The notes beneath the pieces were generated by a model. That model ran no database searches and was not told the DNA's origin. It saw only the letters and a list, made by a program, of their open reading frames with translations. DNA of 40,184 nt. Source: Candidatus Nanohaloarchaea archaeon. GTDB taxonomy: Archaea > Nanohalarchaeota > Nanosalinia > Nanosalinales > Nanosalinaceae. A program made the translations under genes and the position numbers. Within the stretch, counting starts at the first letter, position 1; each line of letters begins with the position of its first letter. This document shows, one piece after another, positions 28,337-38,324 of the stretch. The DNA lies in assembly GCA_046497485.1 (NCBI GenBank), contig JAWOFP010000029.1, forward strand, positions 1 through 40,184, read 5' to 3'.

Positions 28337-29335
28337 ATGAATTCTACTACGACTCAGCCATCAGGCCTTCAGTTTGAATCCAGCGTTAAGAAAATCCGTG
28401 AGAAAACCGATGACCCAGTCGACAGTACAGATGAGTTAGGCGGTCTATTGGAAAGAGTTAGGAGGCATGCTGAGGCGCCTTTAAGAGAAAATCAAAAGTG
28501 GGATAAGCCATCAGACAGAAGCGCTCCAAATCCAGAGTATGAAAGCTTGATGGATTTCGCCCAAATGTCATCTTCTGAGTTAGAAGCGATTGAAAACGAT
28601 ATCGCTATGCTAGATAAAATAGGAGAAGAAGCAAATAGAGAGGCCTACTCAAGCATGCTGGGTATAACAGAAGGCAGTAACCCTAGAAGAGCTCTTGAAA
28701 GTGATGAACGAGTCGTGGACAAGTTAAGACATGAGGCCTTGGAAGCCGGCCATGATGAAGCTGTTGCAGATAATATTAATGAAAGTATTTCCAATAATAT
28801 CGAATCTCTGGAGGAAAATGTAGAGGACACAGTAGAAGATCTAAATCAGTCCCTGGCCCCTTATGCTGAAGATTTTGAGGGATATGTTGAGGAGATGGCA
28901 GGCCTTGCACGAGATGAGTACGGTGCTATGGCCCAGCTGACAGATTATCTCCAGGACTTGGATCAAATAGATACTGAATCAGAACTAGGAGAAATGACTG
29001 TCGATTATCTAATGAATGAAACTGCCGATATTCTAGCAGTCCAGACTCAAAATGTCTCTGAAATATACAGCGAGATCGTGAAAGCCACTAACTCCACGAA
29101 AAGGTTGAGAGACAATATTGATAGCGATATCGCAGACCAGCATAATATCAACATAGAGAGGCTTGAAGAATCAATAGCGTATGCGGAAGAGACCTTAGGA
29201 AATATGGCAGGAGATTACGATGACTTCTCTGAGAGAGCAGAAGCAATGGTTGAGGAAAACACTCGGAATATAGACTCATTCGATCTTTCAGCCATTGAAA
29301 GATGGGACTCAATAGGAGAGTCGGAGAAGGCTTAG
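28337..29335 (+). CDS. Hypothetical acidic alpha-helical/coiled-coil protein
   Basis: 332-aa ORF with host-like composition; first of three co-oriented genes. Confidence 0.75.
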   Translation: MNSTTTQPSGLQFESSVKKIREKTDDPVDSTDELGGLLERVRRHAEAPLRENQKWDKPSDRSAPNPEYESLMDFAQMSSSELEAIENDIAMLDKIGEEANREAYSSMLGITEGSNPRRALESDERVVDKLRHEALEAGHDEAVADNINESISNNIESLEENVEDTVEDLNQSLAPYAEDFEGYVEEMAGLARDEYGAMAQLTDYLQDLDQIDTESELGEMTVDYLMNETADILAVQTQNVSEIYSEIVKATNSTKRLRDNIDSDIADQHNINIERLEESIAYAEETLGNMAGDYDDFSERAEAMVEENTRNIDSFDLSAIERWDSIGESEKA

Positions 29336-29347
29336 AGGTGATTAAAA

Positions 29348-30154
29348 ATGACTGATCCTAGACCTGAAGACGATGAACAATGGACTGTTGATGATGAACT
29401 TGAAGGAGACGGCGGCGAAGAAATAGAAACTGAAGAAGAAGAACTTGAAGAAGATGACGGGTTAAATATAAGCCGGAGGCAGGCTTTAGGCCTAGGTGCT
29501 CTAGGCCTTGGAGGCTGGGTGGCTGCTGGCGCATACCTCTACGATGGAGGAGATGTAGCACCCGGAATAGGTAATAATTCATCTGATCCTGGAACATCGC
29601 CAATACCAGGAGGCTCTGATGAAAACCCCCCCGAGGATAGTAGCGTTTACGAATTATCAAGTGAGGTTTCCGTTGATTTGGACTATCTTGACCCTATTTT
29701 CAATGACTCAGAAGTAGAAATCGGCATCCAGGAGAGCGGAGACCTAGTGGCCTGGAACCAGAATGTAGAAATCGGAGAAGGAGATGACGCTTACAATCCG
29801 CTTTACAGATTCAGAACCGAGAGATTCCCGGATCGAGGGTTCTTCGATGTCGATGGAGATCACCCTATAGAAGAGCTATACAATGATATTGATGCTGAAG
29901 TAGATGAGATGAGTGAAGGCATGGTGAAAGTGTTTTACGATGAGGCCATCGATGATGGAACTTGGAGAGATCATCAAGATTATAAGCCTATCGACTTTGA
30001 AGAACTAAAAGAAGGACTTCTCGAGCATTCAGGCCCTGGACCAACTCAGGATTACTTCTTTAACAGATATGAGACCCTAGAGGAGGGCGAAGAGGTGCTA
30101 GAAGATGAATGGGAAGAACTGGTTAGAGATGGGCTTGAAGCAAATCAGGGCTAG
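29348..30154 (+). CDS. Hypothetical membrane-anchored/exported protein with twin-arginine-like motif
   Basis: GAGGTGA SD; ISRRQALGLGALGLGGWVAAGAYL after an acidic N-terminus. Confidence 0.75.
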   Translation: MTDPRPEDDEQWTVDDELEGDGGEEIETEEEELEEDDGLNISRRQALGLGALGLGGWVAAGAYLYDGGDVAPGIGNNSSDPGTSPIPGGSDENPPEDSSVYELSSEVSVDLDYLDPIFNDSEVEIGIQESGDLVAWNQNVEIGEGDDAYNPLYRFRTERFPDRGFFDVDGDHPIEELYNDIDAEVDEMSEGMVKVFYDEAIDDGTWRDHQDYKPIDFEELKEGLLEHSGPGPTQDYFFNRYETLEEGEEVLEDEWEELVRDGLEANQG

Positions 30155-30159
30155 AAGAG

Positions 30160-31929
30160 GTGATGAAATTGAATAGAAAGCTTGTGATAACAGTTCTTTC
30201 AGTTTTATTTATAGGTATTTTAGCAACGCCATTGGCTGCGGCACAGTTTGGCGGAGGAAACTCCGGCAATAATGAAAACGGAGACTTAGGAACTGATGAC
30301 GAAGATTTAGATTCTGGCACAGAAAGCGATGATTCCGATTATGACGGCGGTAATGCTGATTCAGGAGATTTTGGTTCAGATTCATCTAGTGAGCCTGATA
30401 GCATTGATGGAGGAGGCTCTGAAGATAATGAGGGTACAGATTCCAGTAGCGATGACAGCAGTTCAGAACAAAATGATAGTCCTTTTGATGACTTAGAGGA
30501 TTCTGATAGTTCAGATAGTGACTCAAATTATGATGGCGGCGACTCCACTAATAATGATGATTATGGAGGAGGAGACTCCACCAATAATGATGGATCAACA
30601 GAGGATTCTAATGATGCAGATACCGATTCTGACAGTGAGTCAAACTATGATGGCGGAGATTCTGAAGACAATGAAGACAGTTCTACAGAGGATAATTTTG
30701 ATGATGGAGACTCTGGGGACGCTGAGAACAACGAAGAGGCCTCTAACTTTGATGGCGGTGACTCAGAAAATAATGAAGAAGAAAGTTCTACGGAAGATGA
30801 CTTTGGTGGAGGGGACTCCGGAAATAATGAGGATGGCTCAAGTTTCGACGGAGGAGATTCACAGAATAATGATGATACCGGTTTCAATGGAGGCGACTCG
30901 GAGAATAACGAAAATGAGACAGATTATGATGGGGGAGACTCAGAAAATAATGAACCTGGGTTTGATGGAGGAGACTCAGAAAATAATGAAAACGAAACAG
31001 ATAATTCAGATCCGACAGATCCTAATGACGACAATAATAACGATAATAATGGCTCAGGAGACGACAACAACGATTCAGAAGATGATGGAGAGGATTCTGA
31101 AAACAGCGGTTCAGATGATCGAGGGCCAGATGATGAAAACGGTGAAAGCGGAAACGATGATAACGAAGATAATGGCACTGATGAATCTAATGGTGATGAG
31201 GATGACAGCAGATCTTCCTCAAGCGGAGGCAGTTCAGGTCAGACACATTATATTGCTCCCGAACCCGAGAGCGAGATAGAAGCAGAGGTCGATCCAGATA
31301 ATATCCGGTTCGGCGAATCGGCAATAGTCTCTGGAACTATAACTGGCGGAGACAACCCAAACCAGGAAGTTGAAATATTACTGAACGGGCGTCTAGAGAC
31401 TACTGCCTTCACAGATGATGAAGGAGAATTTAAAGTCAAGATCAGGCCTTCGGAAGCTGGAAATAATGAAATAACAGTTAGGACTGATGAAGCTGAGAAA
31501 ATTCTATCTATTAATGTGAGGCCTACTGTAAGCATCGATTCTATGTATACTTCGCTTGAAAGCTCTGCTGGAGACTCTATTGAAGTCTGCGCCGATATCA
31601 GATCGCAGACAGATGCAAGAGTTACACTGTATCATAATGGCCAAGAATTTGAGTCAAAAAATGGTCGTGGAGAACTATGTTTTAGGCCTGATTTAGATCA
31701 GGGAGGTAACAGTTATCGTGCGGTCGCAGTCGTAGATGGAGATAGAGATGAAAGAGAGATAAGTAGGAACACCTTCTCGAACGGGCCTAGAGCCGCTTCA
31801 ATGGCAACAGGGGCTTTTGCCGCCCCCACGGCAAATAGGATCCCTCAGTTAGTAGCCATAGTTGCAGGGGCACTAGGAGTTATAATGAGAATGATGGGTG
31901 TCAGGCCTCTAAGAATATTTACTAATTAA
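30160..31929 (+). CDS. Secreted surface protein with D/N/G/S repeats, Ig-like domains and C-terminal TM anchor
   Basis: Signal peptide, repeated (F/Y)DGGDSENN, beta-rich region (TDDEGEF), C-terminal hydrophobic helix. Confidence 0.85.
   Translation: MMKLNRKLVITVLSVLFIGILATPLAAAQFGGGNSGNNENGDLGTDDEDLDSGTESDDSDYDGGNADSGDFGSDSSSEPDSIDGGGSEDNEGTDSSSDDSSSEQNDSPFDDLEDSDSSDSDSNYDGGDSTNNDDYGGGDSTNNDGSTEDSNDADTDSDSESNYDGGDSEDNEDSSTEDNFDDGDSGDAENNEEASNFDGGDSENNEEESSTEDDFGGGDSGNNEDGSSFDGGDSQNNDDTGFNGGDSENNENETDYDGGDSENNEPGFDGGDSENNENETDNSDPTDPNDDNNNDNNGSGDDNNDSEDDGEDSENSGSDDRGPDDENGESGNDDNEDNGTDESNGDEDDSRSSSSGGSSGQTHYIAPEPESEIEAEVDPDNIRFGESAIVSGTITGGDNPNQEVEILLNGRLETTAFTDDEGEFKVKIRPSEAGNNEITVRTDEAEKILSINVRPTVSIDSMYTSLESSAGDSIEVCADIRSQTDARVTLYHNGQEFESKNGRGELCFRPDLDQGGNSYRAVAVVDGDRDEREISRNTFSNGPRAASMATGAFAAPTANRIPQLVAIVAGALGVIMRMMGVRPLRIFTN
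30244..31000 (+). repeat. Degenerate coding tandem repeat (F/Y)-(D/G/N)-G-G-D-S-x-N-N
   Basis: About a dozen units, e.g. gatggcggtgactcagaaaataatgaa and gatggaggagactcagaaaataatgaa. Confidence 0.8.
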
Positions 31930-31948
31930 TCAAAATGGAAATTTAGTT

Positions 31949-32515
31949 TTATTTTCCGCCGAATCCTGCGCTCAGTAATCTTTCTAAGGCCTCTTCAGTT
32001 GATTCATCTGTCTCAATAATGTTCTCTGGTTCAACTTCTATTACAAAGCCCGAGGTAATGTTCGGTGAGGTCGGCATGAAAAGCACCTCCCTTCCATCTG
32101 AGGTTTGGCCTGTTTTGAAAGCAGTTCTCCGGATATTACCTGTCTGTACTTTGACAGGTTTCTTGAACTTCTCTGAGCCATCGAATACTTCTCGTGAAGT
32201 GGACTTCGCCATACTGTAGACCGTACCGATGACCGGTACTTTCTCAAACAGGATATCTATTTTTTCCTCAGCCTTCCTTCCTAAGTAGCTCTTGAACACA
32301 AACCCTAGAATAATGACCAGGAAAATTGAGATAAAACTCACAATTACCAGGCCTATAACTTGATTGGCCGTTGAATACTGAGTAAACCTGAATAGGCCTG
32401 ACGGGATTACAGAAGATGCTGTGGAAAACAACCAGTCTAATAATATGATTACAGATGCTACAGGCACAGTTACTATTAGGCCTGCAATGAATGATCTCTT
32501 CAGCTCTTCTCTCAT
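31949..32515 (-). CDS. DUF502-family membrane protein (paralog of 4062..4832)
   Basis: VPVIGTVY, FMPTSPNITSG, LLSAGFG. Confidence 0.87.
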   Translation of the reverse strand: MREELKRSFIAGLIVTVPVASVIILLDWLFSTASSVIPSGLFRFTQYSTANQVIGLVIVSFISIFLVIILGFVFKSYLGRKAEEKIDILFEKVPVIGTVYSMAKSTSREVFDGSEKFKKPVKVQTGNIRRTAFKTGQTSDGREVLFMPTSPNITSGFVIEVEPENIIETDESTEEALERLLSAGFGGK

Positions 32516-33262
32516 AGATCTCCTGTATAGATGATTTGATTCTTTCTACTTTATAACAAATGGACGGTCATATAGTGGTTGATTGTAGACTGTAGACTCA
32601 CATAGATCTAAGAATGTTGAAATTATTCCAACAACATGGTGTTTATTTGTAGCGAACATTCCATTCTTTTTAATACTTTTTGAGACTGTCAGTTAGTAAC
32701 TACATAAAATAGGAGAGTTCACACATGACGAACACTCACTTGGTTTAGGATCTTACAAATCGCGTTAGACAGGGCGAAACCACTCTAAAACCCTATAAGC
32801 TCAAACAGAAGTCCAGAGATTATGTGGCCCTAATCTGAAGAGGCCTAACTATTAGACACATTTAAGGTTAGTAGACATATAGATGATTAAGCGCTGTAGG
32901 TCTCAATGTGCTTCAATGCATAATCGGCCTCAGCCACCCACTTTTACTTTTGATTTTCCTTGAGATCTATCAAATACTCTGATTTTCATCAGTAATGAGT
33001 GTGAAAACTTTTTGAACACTTGCAGATTTTGGCCATTATCTCAAAATATGCCAACACAAAGAAGGTATAATAGAAATGAGTGAACGAGTGACTCACCCAG
33101 ACAATAAGAAAACATACCTTCTTTATTATATAGGTAATCTGGACCGCGACCCCTTGATGAAGCGTCAAGGATATACCAAGAAACACGAACTTCCCTACAT
33201 TGAATATACCTTCTTTATGCTGAGGCCTTTCTGGAAAAGACGATTTTCAGGCCTCAATATCC

Positions 33263-33667
33263 TTGAGTGTTTGGCTAAATCAAACACCCGCCAAAGAAAT
33301 TATTAAATTTCTTACAATACAAATATTTGCAGTGGACTCTATTAAGAATCTAGATTATGAAATAGATGGAGAACAAATCTATGTAATTATCAAGACTAAC
33401 TCTAAAACGCACGAATTAGAAGGATTCAAGACATTAATGAGAGAAAACCTATGGAAAGTAATAGAATCTGACTTTGAAGATTCAGTTTTATTCTTTAGAG
33501 AACAGCCTTATCAAAAGCTGAAAATGTCGAACAATAGAGATTCTTTAGAACTTAAATTAACTTATCCAGATGGAGAACTAGAAGATGCTACAATGAGCGT
33601 GAGTAAATCCAGATTTAAAGAGTTTCTTAAAGATATAAACCAAGCAGTAGGCGGAAAAGTTTCGTAA
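33263..33667 (+). CDS. Hypothetical protein (start uncertain)
   Basis: Open frame with protein-like composition in an AT-rich region. Confidence 0.5.
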   Translation: MSVWLNQTPAKEIIKFLTIQIFAVDSIKNLDYEIDGEQIYVIIKTNSKTHELEGFKTLMRENLWKVIESDFEDSVLFFREQPYQKLKMSNNRDSLELKLTYPDGELEDATMSVSKSRFKEFLKDINQAVGGKVS

Positions 33668-33820
33668 AAGAGAATTATATCTTTTTTAGAGAATATCGCG
33701 TATTCTGAAGATTCAATACACTTTAATCCATATAGAATGAAGTTTTTATAGAAATATATCTGAACTATAGAAATAATCTGTATGTTAATAGAAATAAAAT
33801 AGTTTGTTGAGTTGGTGAAA

Positions 33821-33973
33821 ATGGCTAAAAAATACACTTGCGACGAATGCAGCCGTGAAATGTTTGCGGATAGAGAATCGGTTCTGGTAGAGGAAGTCCA
33901 AGATCATGCGAAAAAAGAGCATGGAATGGAGATGGAAGCTGAACAGGTGAGAGAAGGTATAGAAGATACCTAG
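33821..33973 (+). CDS. DUF1059-like small metal-binding protein (50 aa)
   Basis: Not in the ORF track; GGTGA SD; MAKKYTCDECSREMFADRESVLVEEVQDHAKKEHGMEM... with CxxC and HxxxxH. Confidence 0.8.
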   Translation: MAKKYTCDECSREMFADRESVLVEEVQDHAKKEHGMEMEAEQVREGIEDT

Positions 33974-34210
33974 AAACTCTGTCTAAACATATTATTTTTG
34001 CTTCTTAAAGATTGTGAATTTTGACTGAACACTCAGCGAAAGTCTAATTTAACTTTATAGCAACAACAAAGTATTTTAAAAAGTATTGAATGTTCGTTTT
34101 TTATCAACATATTATTGTGTGGAAAATTTGAACACTCTTAATCTATTTTGTGAGTATAAACAACCCAAATATGGGAAAATTTCTTCAGGCCTAGAGAGTA
34201 AAACTGTAAC

Positions 34211-34831
34211 ATGAGCGAGGATCTGGTGTTAGAGAAAAATCCTGAGTCAAGTAGAGGCCTGATAATTATTCCAGGCATTAGTAGTGGTCCTTTCGGCAGC
34301 CCTTTTGATGAAGTAGTGGAAGAAGTATCTGATGACTATAGTATTGTGAGGATAAATGGCTGGGAAGACACAGAAGATCTAGAGAAAATGACTTTGAAGG
34401 ATCTGCATGATCTGATTGATGAGGGCTGTGAGTTGTTGAGTAGTAATGGATGTGAGAGTATCAGTATTTTGAGTAAGAGTTTTGGAGGCCAGCTCGCATT
34501 AACTTATCCTGTGAACAATATTTTTGAGAAAATGGTTCTCTGGGCCCCAGCTATAGGAATTGGAGAGAATAATGTGGAGAAGTGGAGATCTACCCAGCTT
34601 GAGCATGCCCAGACAGCTACAGATATCTCAGTCGACAAGGCCTACCTAGAGAAAATCAATTCTGAAGTGAGAATTATCCATGGCACAGAAGATCAAGTAG
34701 TAGACATAGAAAATTCCACGAAAATCTGTGAGGCCTTACCAAAATGTGAGTTTTCAGAGATAGAAGACACAGATCATTCATTTAAGCAGAAACATTATTG
34801 GATTAAAGTTAGGACTAATGATTTTCTCTAA
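34211..34831 (+). CDS. Alpha/beta hydrolase
   Basis: Nucleophile elbow SKSFGG, IIHGTEDQVV, DTDHSF (Ser-Asp-His triad). Confidence 0.85.
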   Translation: MSEDLVLEKNPESSRGLIIIPGISSGPFGSPFDEVVEEVSDDYSIVRINGWEDTEDLEKMTLKDLHDLIDEGCELLSSNGCESISILSKSFGGQLALTYPVNNIFEKMVLWAPAIGIGENNVEKWRSTQLEHAQTATDISVDKAYLEKINSEVRIIHGTEDQVVDIENSTKICEALPKCEFSEIEDTDHSFKQKHYWIKVRTNDFL

Positions 34832-34906
34832 CCACAAAAATTTTCTCAGTATAAAACCTGTTATATTATTTAGGTTGAAACCTTTTCTAATAGAGGAATT
34901 ATAGAA

Positions 34907-36742
34907 ATGGCTGAGACAGAACTAATATTAATTGTAATCACGATTTTTGCATTAGGGATAGCATCTCAAATTCTGGCAGATAAATACAAAATTCCGAGCA
35001 TCATTTTTCTATTGACAGCAGGAATACTCACAGGTCCTGAAGGCCTTAATATTGTGAATCCGGATGCTTTTGGGGCAGGCCTACAGTTAGTAGTTGGATT
35101 AAGCGTTTCAATAATTGTTTTTGAAGGAGCATTCCATCTTAAGCTAAGTAAGCTTAAAGCCGCCCAGAATGAAGCAGTTATGTTGGGAACAGTCGGGGCA
35201 GTTTTGTCCTGTGTGCTTACAGCAGTAGCTGCTTTCTACACATTAAATGTTTCTTGGGGAATCGCTTTCCTGATAGGTGCTTTACTCATTGCAACAGGAC
35301 CTACTGTAATTAAGCCTATTCTTGATGTAGTTCATGTAAGACAGCGAGTTGAAGCAGCTTTGGAAACTGAAGGAATAGTCAATGATGTCACGGCAGCCAT
35401 ACTAGCTTTAGTAGTTTATGAATTCGTAGTTCTAGAATCAATGCCTTTCAGCAGCGTAGCAAGCCATTTTATCACACGCTGGGGTTCAGGAGTATTCATA
35501 GGCATTATGGCGGCCGCAGCAGCATGGTACTTACTCACTCAAATTAAAATCGATAGCAGCAAACAAGCACAGGAAGCCAGAATCATAATCCTAGGTACAG
35601 CATTAATTTCATGGGGGTTAGCTGAACTAGTCCTCACTGAGGCAGGAATCGCCGCAGCAGCCACAGCAGGCCTAATACTTGGAAACTTAGACATACCATA
35701 CAAAAAAGAAATCAAAGATTTTGAAGATGCAGTATCAGTACTGGTGCTTTCCTTCGTATTCATAGCATTAGCCGCATTATTGACATTTGAAGACTTGATA
35801 GCTTTAGGAGCCGGAGGTCTACTATTCATCTTAGCCGTCACATTGATAATCAGGCCTTTAACAGTTTATTTCTCTACACGCGGGGGCAGCTTCAACAATA
35901 GAGAAAAAGTATTCATAAGCTTAGTAGGTCCAAGAGGGATAATACCAGCATCCGTAGCGACATTATTTGCTTTAGAGCTTCAAAATATGGGTAGGCCTGA
36001 TGCCGCAGCAACAATCGTCGGAGCCGTTTTCCTTATAATTCTAGCGACATCATTCGTTGAAGGAGGGCTGGCAAAAATGCTAGCTCGAAAACTTGATGTG
36101 ATACCAATGCATACAATAATTGTGGGCGCAGGAGAAGCAGGCCTAGGACTGGCAGAAAGACTGGATAAAAGAGGAGAAAATGTTGTAATAATAGACTCTG
36201 ACAGCTCAGAGGTAGAGAAAGCAAGGAAAAAAGGATTTAACGCGATTCATGGAGATGGTAGAGATATCGATGTCTTGGAAAATGCCGAAGCCGATAAGGC
36301 AAAAATTGTAGCAGCAACAACCCATGACGACGATGTAAATATTGTAGTAGCCCAGATGGCAAAATCAAAGTTTGATATAGAAAATATAATCGCTAGAGTC
36401 AACGAACCTGAGAACAAGACTGCTTTCGAAGATTTAGATGTCAATTATATAACTTCTCCAGATGCGATAGTTGATGCATTCGAAAACATTCTGGAAAACC
36501 CTGCGTTATGGAAGCAGTTGACAGAACACAGAGACAATATTGAAATCGGAGAGATTGAGATACAAGGGAATATAAGGCTCTCTGAACTGGAAGATGAGAT
36601 GCCTCCAGGATCAATGATCAACCTAATCACCCGAAATAGAGAAGGCCTCAACCCTGAGGAAGTAGAAAAATTAAGAAGAGGAGATATAGTTACAATAATG
36701 GGGCGGAAAAAAGCCGTTAAAAAAGCTATAGAACTATTCTAA
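34907..36742 (+). CDS. Cation:proton antiporter (NhaP/CPA1) with TrkA-N/TrkA-C domains
   Basis: ATGPTVI, LETEGIVND, GPRGII, then IIVGAGEAG Rossmann (RCK) domain. Confidence 0.93.
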   Translation: MAETELILIVITIFALGIASQILADKYKIPSIIFLLTAGILTGPEGLNIVNPDAFGAGLQLVVGLSVSIIVFEGAFHLKLSKLKAAQNEAVMLGTVGAVLSCVLTAVAAFYTLNVSWGIAFLIGALLIATGPTVIKPILDVVHVRQRVEAALETEGIVNDVTAAILALVVYEFVVLESMPFSSVASHFITRWGSGVFIGIMAAAAAWYLLTQIKIDSSKQAQEARIIILGTALISWGLAELVLTEAGIAAAATAGLILGNLDIPYKKEIKDFEDAVSVLVLSFVFIALAALLTFEDLIALGAGGLLFILAVTLIIRPLTVYFSTRGGSFNNREKVFISLVGPRGIIPASVATLFALELQNMGRPDAAATIVGAVFLIILATSFVEGGLAKMLARKLDVIPMHTIIVGAGEAGLGLAERLDKRGENVVIIDSDSSEVEKARKKGFNAIHGDGRDIDVLENAEADKAKIVAATTHDDDVNIVVAQMAKSKFDIENIIARVNEPENKTAFEDLDVNYITSPDAIVDAFENILENPALWKQLTEHRDNIEIGEIEIQGNIRLSELEDEMPPGSMINLITRNREGLNPEEVEKLRRGDIVTIMGRKKAVKKAIELF

Positions 36743-36802
36743 ACAGAGCCCAACTTCTTTTAATCCCTGATAGAGGGATTTTTCTTCATTTAAAGCCATA
36801 AA

Positions 36803-37030
36803 TTATCTTGTATTTCTATACTCAGAACTATTATCGTCATTTCCTAAGAGGCCTCCTCCAGCCAACAATAGTATGGCTAAGAGACCGAATACTGGCGACA
36901 ACCATTCATTTGTTACGATATACTCTGTCAGTATAGCTAGGGAAATAACTCCTGAAATAGCTCCTAACAGAATCATTACCAGTTTTTCGCCCATATACTC
37001 TTCATCCATATCGTTATCAGAATCAACCAT
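36803..37030 (-). CDS. Small two-TM membrane protein
   Basis: 75 aa with two hydrophobic helices. Confidence 0.6.
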   Translation of the reverse strand: MVDSDNDMDEEYMGEKLVMILLGAISGVISLAILTEYIVTNEWLSPVFGLLAILLLAGGGLLGNDDNSSEYRNTR

Positions 37031-37186
37031 ACCAAATTAATATTTTTACAGGTTTTTAACCAATTACATCTTCTCTAAAATGCAAAAATATGTATTCATA
37101 CAACCAAACATATAGAAAAAATAAAATAAAGCCTAAAAATTTAATATCTCTCTTTTTACGGCTTTTACACTCATAAACAAGTTGAC

Positions 37187-38320
37187 TCAACTCTTCAGTT
37201 TTATTTTCTCAGCGACCTTCCCTATTACCAGCATCGGCACTAAAAGGCCTATAATGACATAGGTTTCTACATTCAGTGATGTCAACGCGAGTAATGGAAT
37301 CACTAAAATGTTGACCATTACTAGGAATTTTGAGAAGGTCCAGCCGTTGATCATTCTCTCATTAGGGTTGAGGCCTGATTCAAACATTGTAATAGACCCG
37401 ATATAATATGCGGTAGTGAGAGCAATTGCCAATGCTAGGATCAGGTTTCCGCCCATTAATCCATAAGCCACTAGGATGAATGAGATCACAATTATTGCGC
37501 TGATTAGCTTGAAGGCCTGGAACTTCGATCTCAGTAGTTCTGCTTCATTTATTGGAAGATGCTGGTAATTTTCTAGGTCATCATAAGTGTTCAGCCAGTT
37601 GTAGACTGTGACTGACATCATTCCAAGCACTACTGCAAACGACATTAACGGGCTTGAAAGCAGGTATGATGCCAGTGGAATATAGTTTACGATATACCAG
37701 TACAGGCCTAACAGGATGAACATCGACATGAGTATTTTGAAGAGGCCTCCGCTGCTTCTGGAGACATCTAGAACCGATTTTCTGGCTAGAGAAGGGATCG
37801 GCAAGTTATTATAATTCAAAATTGATGCTCTTGAAGGAATGTGAACTGCTGTGCTTGCAGTGATCAAGCTCAATGTAAGCCCTCCTACAAAAAGAAGCCC
37901 CATGTAAATCACAGGATTAAGCATCTGAGTGGAGACCAATAGCATCGCGGCCGCTACAGGGAGCAGGTAAAGGCCTAGATAGAACACCAAATCCTTGATC
38001 AGAAAACCTGCAATCAAGGAAGTCTTGCTAACCGGCAATGTTCTAGAGCTGAAAATCAGGAAATTAGAATCTCCTAAAACATTTTGGGCAGCATCACTGC
38101 TGTTAAACCCTATTGATCCTGCTGCAAGGCCTGTGAAAAATCCGAACGCCATAACTAATAGACCTAGATCTGTTACTGGTGCTGTCGAAAAATTAATAAC
38201 TAATTGTCCGCCGAAGTAAGTGAGTAAAAATATTATTACAGGTAAAGCAGCCAAGTAACGGCCTCTATACATCTTAGACTGTGTCCTCCACTCTTCTTTA
38301 AGCATCCTCTTCAGAATCAT
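37187..38320 (-). CDS. ABC-2 type transporter permease
   Basis: Multi-TM protein directly downstream of an ABC ATPase; internal duplication (TLPVS / HLPIN). Confidence 0.8.
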   Translation of the reverse strand: MILKRMLKEEWRTQSKMYRGRYLAALPVIIFLLTYFGGQLVINFSTAPVTDLGLLVMAFGFFTGLAAGSIGFNSSDAAQNVLGDSNFLIFSSRTLPVSKTSLIAGFLIKDLVFYLGLYLLPVAAAMLLVSTQMLNPVIYMGLLFVGGLTLSLITASTAVHIPSRASILNYNNLPIPSLARKSVLDVSRSSGGLFKILMSMFILLGLYWYIVNYIPLASYLLSSPLMSFAVVLGMMSVTVYNWLNTYDDLENYQHLPINEAELLRSKFQAFKLISAIIVISFILVAYGLMGGNLILALAIALTTAYYIGSITMFESGLNPNERMINGWTFSKFLVMVNILVIPLLALTSLNVETYVIIGLLVPMLVIGKVAEKIKLKS

Positions 38321-38324
38321 ATCT

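Noticed and set aside
29509..30736. AGGCCT-free gaps (also 394-1361 and 33255-34186) as markers of foreign DNA
   Set aside because: With mean spacing of about 270 bp and about 147 intervals, one or two gaps of 1-1.2 kb are expected by chance, and low-complexity coding explains the largest.
30540..31000. CRISPR-like repeat array
   Set aside because: Repeats are degenerate at third codon positions, in frame and irregularly spaced, so they are protein repeats. No cas genes are present.
30518..31279. 253-aa Met/Ile/Thr-rich alternative-frame ORF
   Set aside because: Shadow frame of GAT/AAT-rich repeats in the surface protein gene.
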